In this document: positions 26,574 through 32,000 of the stretch, piece after piece
Layout of the letters: every line of letters starts with the position of its first letter
Numbering within the stretch: the stretch's first letter is position 1
Source: an uncultured Nitrososphaerota archaeon
Lineage (GTDB): Archaea > Korarchaeota > Korarchaeia > Korarchaeales > Korarchaeaceae
DNA: 32,000 nucleotides
NCBI GenBank assembly: GCA_964480775.1
Contig: CAYZRF010000003.1
Coordinates: 78,534-110,533 of the forward strand
Direction: 5' to 3'
Made by a program: the position numbers and the translations under genes
Notes under the pieces: model-generated
What the model saw: only the letters and a program-made list of their open reading frames with translations
Told to the model about the DNA's origin: nothing
The model's database searches: none

Positions 26574-28964
26574 ATGAGCAAACTTCGGGTTTTGTACTGT
26601 GCGGCCTTGGCAGCATTACTGATATCTCAATTACCAATAGTTGCACAGCAACCTAAGCAATACATCCTCTATACCTTGCTTAGAAATGGAAACATCGTTA
26701 AGATATTTCCAAATGGTTCTATGAAGTCTGTAGGAGGCGTTGGAAAAGCTTTCTATTCGATAGATGTGTACGGGAATAGAATCTACATTCCAGACCTAAA
26801 CATGGGTAAAGTAAAGGTCTACAATCTAGATGGGAAATTCCTTAGGTACATTTCCATGCCGGAGACGGAGGGATTTGCTGAGATAGTTGCCCTTCCAAAG
26901 GGTAGGGTGGCACTTATTGACAATGCCCTAGATGTAATCTTCATACTGAATGATTATGGAACCCTCTTGAAGACGATAGACCTTCCAGTGGGCCTTGATA
27001 ATAAAAGACAGGTCGTAGATGCGGGAGTTGTAAACGAAACCCTTTATGTCTTCGATGGTGCCAGCGGAATGATACTTAGAGTGTACCTTAACAACTACAT
27101 GCTGGCAACCTCTATGGACATACAGAGCAAGCTAGGGGAAGAAATCAGAGCTGTAGCTTTTACTTCCGGAAACTATTACTTGGCAACTAGGAGTAGGATA
27201 TACAACAGCTCCTTTGATCTCGTGGCTGAACTTGAGGACTGGCCAATTGAAAGCATAGTTGTAGCAGGAGACCATCTTTATGTGGCCGTGGGTTTTGGAG
27301 GCAAAATATATGAGGTTAACATAAAAACAGGGAACGTGAGCGTTTATGCATCCGGATTAGACTATCCCATAGAGCTCACAGTTCAAGAGATAGAGCTTCC
27401 TTCTTCTCCCACTCCCACACCTACAACAGCGCCACCAACCACAACAACACCACCTACTCCTCCATCAACTACGCCCAGTCCAACCCCTTATCTTCCAACA
27501 ATATCCAAACAGACATTGATCTGGGCCTATGGACTGATAGGGGGTGGAATTCTATTCATAGGCTTGACTGCGATTCTTATTAGAAGGAGGAGAAGGCCGA
27601 AAAGGCCTAAATATCCTGTTTGGACTGAAGGAACATTTGAGGAGCCTATGCCTGTCCCAATGGAGGAGCTCAAAGTCGAAGTTGAGCCAAAGCCTGAGGA
27701 GTTCAAAGTTAAGGGGCCTTCCGTTGAGAAGGTGAAAGAAGAAGTTCCTGAGATACCAAAACCTCCTTTGGAGAAAGTTGAAGAGGTAGAAAAGCCCGAG
27801 AGGATAGGTGAGGTAGGATTACCAGTAGTTTCTGAGACTAAGGAAGAGAAAATAGATATAGTCGAGCCAGAAGAGCCAAAACTGGTTGAATTGGAGGAGG
27901 TTGAGAAACCTAAGCCAATTGCTGAAATCAAAGAAAAGCCAAAGCCAGAGAAAGCTGAAAAAGTCCCTGTAGAGAAAGTCAAGAGAGAGATCAAGATGCC
28001 CAGGCTTAGAGCGCTGATAGAGGAAGCCAAGAAAGAAATGGAGTTAAAGGAGCATGAAAAGGTTCCCGTAGCGATAATAAGAAAAGAAGGCCTGAAAATC
28101 CCAAAGAAACCAATCATCGAGGAAGTCAAGAAAGAAGTTAAACCAGAGGAAGAGAAGCCAGAAATACCCTCAATTCTCGAGGAATTCAAGAAAGAATTGG
28201 TTCGTAAGGAACCCAAACCAAAGCTTATACCAGAACCGGAGCCTAAACCTAAGCCAGAGCCAGAGACTAAGCCCGAACTTCCAGAAATTGAGGAGACAGG
28301 GGAAGAGAAAAAACCAGTAATGCCGAAAGAAATCTTTATTGAGAAAATATTTGAGAAAAAGCCAGAGGAACCCGAAATAATTGAAGAAATTAGGGAGGAA
28401 GTCGAAAAAGAAATAGTACCGAAAGAAATCGAAGAGAAGGGGATTCCTCCTCCGGAAACGGTGGAACCGGAAAAAATAGTTGAAGAATTAGAGAAGCCAG
28501 CGTTATCTTTGGAGGAGACGTTAAAAGAAGAGAGACTTAAGCTACCAGAGAAACCCTCGATACTAGAGGAATTCAAGAAAGAAGTTTTGCGTAAGAAGCC
28601 CACACCCGAGCCAGAATTACCAACAAAACCTGTACCAGAACCAGTCAAGGAAGAAGTGAGAACAGAGGAGAAAATAGTAAAGGAAGAAAAACTAGAATTG
28701 CTAGAAACACTAGAAAAACCCATTGAAGAGAGAGGATATGAAGAGCCCGAAGTACCGGAAGAGATTAGCGTCAAATCTCTTTGGGAGTACTTCAAAGAGA
28801 AAGCTAGGAAGGAAGAGAAGGCAAAAGAAGCAGAAGAAGAGAAGAAGGAAGAAGAGTTGAAACCTCAGGAAGAAGAGGAAGTAGAAGAGGAAATTGATGT
28901 CGAAGACCTATGGGAGTACCTTAGGAAGAAGTATGAATCTGAAAAAGGAGAAAAGAGCGAATAA
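26574..28964 (+). CDS. type-I membrane protein: signal peptide, beta-propeller-like (NHL-like) ectodomain, Thr/Pro linker, TM helix, ~450-aa E/K/P-rich tail
   Basis: Signal peptide MSKLRVLYCAALAALLISQLPIVAQQ. Repeated strand motifs (IYIPDLNMGKVKVYNLDGKFLRYI, LYVFDGASGMILRV, LYVAVGFGGKIYEV). Linker SSPTPTPTTAPPTTTTPPTPPSTTPSPTP. TM helix LIWAYGLIGGGILFIGLTAILI followed by RRRRRPKRPK. The tail is low-complexity with repeated PSILEEFKKE[LV][VL]RK and [SD]LWEY[FL][KR]K motifs. Confidence 0.75.
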   Translation: MSKLRVLYCAALAALLISQLPIVAQQPKQYILYTLLRNGNIVKIFPNGSMKSVGGVGKAFYSIDVYGNRIYIPDLNMGKVKVYNLDGKFLRYISMPETEGFAEIVALPKGRVALIDNALDVIFILNDYGTLLKTIDLPVGLDNKRQVVDAGVVNETLYVFDGASGMILRVYLNNYMLATSMDIQSKLGEEIRAVAFTSGNYYLATRSRIYNSSFDLVAELEDWPIESIVVAGDHLYVAVGFGGKIYEVNIKTGNVSVYASGLDYPIELTVQEIELPSSPTPTPTTAPPTTTTPPTPPSTTPSPTPYLPTISKQTLIWAYGLIGGGILFIGLTAILIRRRRRPKRPKYPVWTEGTFEEPMPVPMEELKVEVEPKPEEFKVKGPSVEKVKEEVPEIPKPPLEKVEEVEKPERIGEVGLPVVSETKEEKIDIVEPEEPKLVELEEVEKPKPIAEIKEKPKPEKAEKVPVEKVKREIKMPRLRALIEEAKKEMELKEHEKVPVAIIRKEGLKIPKKPIIEEVKKEVKPEEEKPEIPSILEEFKKELVRKEPKPKLIPEPEPKPKPEPETKPELPEIEETGEEKKPVMPKEIFIEKIFEKKPEEPEIIEEIREEVEKEIVPKEIEEKGIPPPETVEPEKIVEELEKPALSLEETLKEERLKLPEKPSILEEFKKEVLRKKPTPEPELPTKPVPEPVKEEVRTEEKIVKEEKLELLETLEKPIEERGYEEPEVPEEISVKSLWEYFKEKARKEEKAKEAEEEKKEEELKPQEEEEVEEEIDVEDLWEYLRKKYESEKGEKSE

Positions 28965-29185
28965 CCTCTATATACCCAATCTATGAGTTTTCTTTCCTAT
29001 AAAAATCATCGTAGAAGCTAGAACAAATGAAAAAAGCTTGCTTTTCCTAAGGTTTGAAAACAAACTCAAAGTAGAAATAATATTGGAGTTTAATATGAGT
29101 GCAGTACGGGAGATGTGGAGGATTAACATATAGCCACTCAATCAAGGTTTGTTGCCATCCTTTATCCTTCAAAGCAGGTGATGAT

Positions 29186-30127
29186 ATGTCTGAACTAAGA
29201 TCAACCGGTGAGAGATGGTTCCCTGAAAAGACAAGTTTCTCGGAAGATATGCATTGGGTCTGGGGAGAATGGGGACTGAATTCTGAGGTCGGCAAGCTCA
29301 GAGCAGTGCTCCTTCGTAAACCTGGAAAAGAGATAGAAGATGTTGATCCAAAAGTTGCAAGGTTCAGCGAAGTTGCACTCGATGTAGAGGAGGCACGAAG
29401 AGAACACGATGAACTAGCAGAAATCTACAGAAATCACGGAGTCGAGGTGTATTACGTTGAAGAAACTTGTTCAAATTGTCCTAACGCATATTTCGTTCAC
29501 GATCAATTTGCAATGACTCCAGAGGGAGCGATAATTGCAAGACCAGCTATGAAAATCCGGAGGAAGGAGGTTTACTACACCTACAAGAGGCTTGCTGAGC
29601 TTGGCATTCCCATCTTGAGAACAGTCCACGGTCACGGAACATTTGAGGGAGCTGACCTCTTATGGGTAAACGAGGAAGCAGTTGTCCTTGGAATAGGCGT
29701 CAGAACAAATCAAGAGGGAGCTCGTCAGGTAGTAGAGGTTTTGAGGACGATGGGCGTTAAGGAGGTTATAGAATTCCACATACCATATGGCCAAGCTCAT
29801 GTGGATGGACGTTTGAATATAGTTGATAAAGATCTTGCAATACTTTTCCCTTGGCACGTGCCTTACACCGTTGCCTCAAAATTGAAAGAGCACGGGTACG
29901 ACATAATAGAGGTAGAAGATCCTCGAGAGGCGATAATGAACAAAGCAACAAATGTTGTTGCCTTGGAGCCTGGGACGATAGTCATGGGGAAGACGGGTGC
30001 CGAAAAGACGAAACAAAGGCTTAGAGAAGCCGGAGTAAAGATAGTAGAAGTAAAGGTGGACGAGTTAATGAAAGGCCGAGGAGGCATATCTTGCATGACT
30101 GGTAGGCTTAAACGAGATAAACTGTAA
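29186..30127 (+). CDS. guanidino-group modifying enzyme (amidinotransferase / arginine deiminase / DDAH superfamily)
   Basis: FEGADLLWV, GIGVRTNQEG, AHVDGRLN and the C-terminal catalytic-Cys motif GRGGISCMTG. ATG 29186 is preceded by AGGTGATG. The 29 residues before it in the ORF track are probably not translated. Confidence 0.8.
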   Translation: MSELRSTGERWFPEKTSFSEDMHWVWGEWGLNSEVGKLRAVLLRKPGKEIEDVDPKVARFSEVALDVEEARREHDELAEIYRNHGVEVYYVEETCSNCPNAYFVHDQFAMTPEGAIIARPAMKIRRKEVYYTYKRLAELGIPILRTVHGHGTFEGADLLWVNEEAVVLGIGVRTNQEGARQVVEVLRTMGVKEVIEFHIPYGQAHVDGRLNIVDKDLAILFPWHVPYTVASKLKEHGYDIIEVEDPREAIMNKATNVVALEPGTIVMGKTGAEKTKQRLREAGVKIVEVKVDELMKGRGGISCMTGRLKRDKL

Positions 30128-30185
30128 TTAAGCGATGCAGAGCCCCTCTTCAACTTTTTTATCTGAACAAGGTGAAGTTCTGATC

Positions 30186-30884
30186 ATGAAAACCATAGGC
30201 CTCATAGGCGGTATGAGCTGGGAGTCTACGGTTGAATACTACCAAATAATTAATGAACTCGTAAAGCAAAGGCTTGGAGGCCTACACTCCGCAAAAATTC
30301 TCATGTATTCGGTTGACTTTGAGGAAATTGCAAAATTGCAGCACGAGGGGAAATGGAAGGAACTTACAGAGGTCATGGTTGATATAGCCAGAAGGTTGGA
30401 AGGAGCTGGTGCAGATTTCTTGCTCATCTGTACGAACACAATGCACAAGATGGCTGACGACGTTCAGCAGAGCATAAACATACCTTTGTTGAACATAATA
30501 GACGTAACAGCTGAAAGGGTCAAAAAGCTCAATTTAAGGAAAATTGGTCTTCTGGGGACCAAATTTACTATGGAAGACGATTTTTACAAGGGTAGACTGA
30601 TAAAAAAGCACGGAATAGAGGTTGTAATACCAGATGACGAAGAAAGGCAAGTGATTCATGATATAATTTACAAAGAGCTATGCTTAGGAGTGATAAAGCG
30701 ATCTTCCAAGGAGAAAGTTAAAAGAATATTAGAAAATCTAATTTCTAAAGGAGCTGAGGGAATCATACTTGGTTGCACCGAGTTACCACTTCTGATCAAG
30801 CAAGAGGACTGCAATGTCCCGATACTTGATACTACAAGGATCCATGCTGAAGCCGCAGTTGAATATGCCATTAGTGACTGCTAA
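30186..30884 (+). CDS. aspartate/glutamate racemase family protein (aspartate racemase-like)
   Basis: MKTIGLIGGMSWESTVEYY start, with two catalytic-Cys motifs LICTNTMH and ILGCTELPLL. I start at ATG 30186 rather than 30135. Confidence 0.85.
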   Translation: MKTIGLIGGMSWESTVEYYQIINELVKQRLGGLHSAKILMYSVDFEEIAKLQHEGKWKELTEVMVDIARRLEGAGADFLLICTNTMHKMADDVQQSINIPLLNIIDVTAERVKKLNLRKIGLLGTKFTMEDDFYKGRLIKKHGIEVVIPDDEERQVIHDIIYKELCLGVIKRSSKEKVKRILENLISKGAEGIILGCTELPLLIKQEDCNVPILDTTRIHAEAAVEYAISDC

Positions 30885-30909
30885 TTTGTAATAAGTTAGA
30901 GAGAGGCAA

Positions 30910-32000
30910 CTAGCGACCTGCTTTAAGTTTTAATGATATTAGGATGAGAACTACAAAGAAAATTGAGACTAACGCAATGAACATCCATCTAAGATCGGAT
31001 GAAGGCACAGAAAACTCCATCTCTGCCCTGTTATTCTCCTCGTTAATCTCTGGTATTTCATCAGAAGGATCGACAATAAGCTCAATTACGTGTTTTCCGG
31101 GCTGGGCTGACCAACTAAATGATATCGAGCCCTCCCTGCTGAGCGAAACCCTTTTGCTGTCCTCCACAATGCCATCAACGACTAGGGCTACTTCTGCTTC
31201 GACCTCTTCTCGACTTTGAACTAGAAAATTAGCCATTATTTGGATGTTCTCATCTGGTTTCAGATCTCCTTCAATCCTAAGATCCTCTATGATAAGGTCT
31301 ATTCCTCCAGACAGGGCTTTTAACACGAGGGTCTCCCTCGGGCCTATGGAGAAGGTGACTTTCGTCCAGTTACCGAGATTCTCCACGCTAACGTTCCTAC
31401 CTTTCCATATCTCAACCACTTTAGCTTCGAATTCAATGATTAGGGAGGCCCTAACTTCAGCCTCTCCAGAGTTGTAAGCGGTAAAGAAACAGGCTGGAGG
31501 GTCGCCATACCTCTCAACCCACACACAAGATGGCTCCCTTCTCGCCGTTGTTATTGGCTTCCAACCTGCCTGCATTAGTTCAAGGGAAATTTCAGCCTCC
31601 TTCTCGAGGAGTTCACCAACCGCCTCTAAGAACTCTGAGTTCTGATAGTGTTCCAATCTAAACTGCGCTAAGGCGCCGTAGAACAAGCACTCGTCTATGA
31701 AATGCTCCACTTCTTCCCGATGCATGGGGTCTTTTATGTCAATCTTCGTTTCTGTATGAACAACAATCATTGGCTTTTTCAGAGCTATGAACCTCCTGTA
31801 AAGAAGCTCGCGATCTCCCCAGTTGAATCCTCTGACGCTATTGGCCTCAAAAGGAATCGCATCCAGGTAGATGGCTCCAAAGCTGGTTGTACCTTCAGCT
31901 ATGAAATTACCAGTGAGACCTGGATCCTCCATGTTCTCATCAATCCACTTTCTCAGTTCTTTCAGGTATTCGACCGCGGAGAAGGAAAGGTGAACCGCTG
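30910..32000 (-). CDS. C-terminally anchored surface protein with CARDB-like domain (5' end beyond the right edge of the window)
   Basis: The reading frame stays open to position 32000, upstream of the first Met in the track. The CARDB-like pattern is DLRIEGDLKPDENIQI...VALVVDG...SFSWSAQPGKHVIELIVDPSDEIPEINEENN. A C-terminal TM helix follows (WMFIALVSIFFVVLILISL). Confidence 0.65.
   Translation of the reverse strand, partial: AVHLSFSAVEYLKELRKWIDENMEDPGLTGNFIAEGTTSFGAIYLDAIPFEANSVRGFNWGDRELLYRRFIALKKPMIVVHTETKIDIKDPMHREEVEHFIDECLFYGALAQFRLEHYQNSEFLEAVGELLEKEAEISLELMQAGWKPITTARREPSCVWVERYGDPPACFFTAYNSGEAEVRASLIIEFEAKVVEIWKGRNVSVENLGNWTKVTFSIGPRETLVLKALSGGIDLIIEDLRIEGDLKPDENIQIMANFLVQSREEVEAEVALVVDGIVEDSKRVSLSREGSISFSWSAQPGKHVIELIVDPSDEIPEINEENNRAEMEFSVPSSDLRWMFIALVSIFFVVLILISLKLKAGR

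Noticed and set aside
27527-28795. 422-aa antisense ORF (S/G/F/T-rich) opposite the large membrane protein gene
   Set aside because: It is the mirror image of the GAA/AAG/CCA-rich low-complexity tail on the plus strand. The composition is not protein-like. The sense strand has a coherent signal peptide / domain / TM architecture.

Overview
The window reads as a gene-dense archaeal chromosome segment. It is most consistent with an anaerobic (hyper)thermophile. Supporting signs are a tungsten AOR-family oxidoreductase, desulfoferrodoxin, a peroxiredoxin, a bacterioferritin/Dps-like protein, GGTGA/GGAGG ribosome-binding sites, TTTATATA-type TATA boxes and oligo-T terminators. I can support about 33 protein genes. 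Most are housekeeping or metabolic: threonine synthase, SAH hydrolase, TrpB2, LutAB-like Fe-S proteins, CcdA, TrmO, NUDIX, radical SAM, a Cys-phosphatase, a Lon-like S16 protease, a guanidino-modifying enzyme and an Asp/Glu racemase. There are also several surface or membrane proteins of unknown function. I found no rRNA, tRNA, canonical CRISPR array, transposase, integrase or recognisable defence system. All family calls come from motif recognition by eye, with no database search. The items most worth a second look are: (1) a small ParB/Srx-fold ORF translationally coupled (TTGA overlap) to a stand-alone TrpB2, which I hypothesise is a serine-kinase-like plus O-phosphoserine-dependent tryptophan synthase module; (2) a 243-bp cassette bounded by 12-bp perfect inverted repeats in a long intergenic gap (candidate MITE-like element or structured RNA); (3) an LLM-family oxidoreductase interrupted by a single in-frame TAG exactly where the family has a conserved Trp; (4) a secreted protein built of three ~121-aa Cys-containing repeats with 46-nt exact DNA identity between repeats 1 and 3, next to a CcdA thiol-disulfide transporter; (5) an unusually long bactofilin-like beta-helix protein with about 15 VGG turns; (6) a signal peptide / propeller-like / TM protein with a ~450-aa E/K/P-rich tail; and (7) perfect palindromes at the 5' ends of the TetR operon and the oxidative-stress genes.
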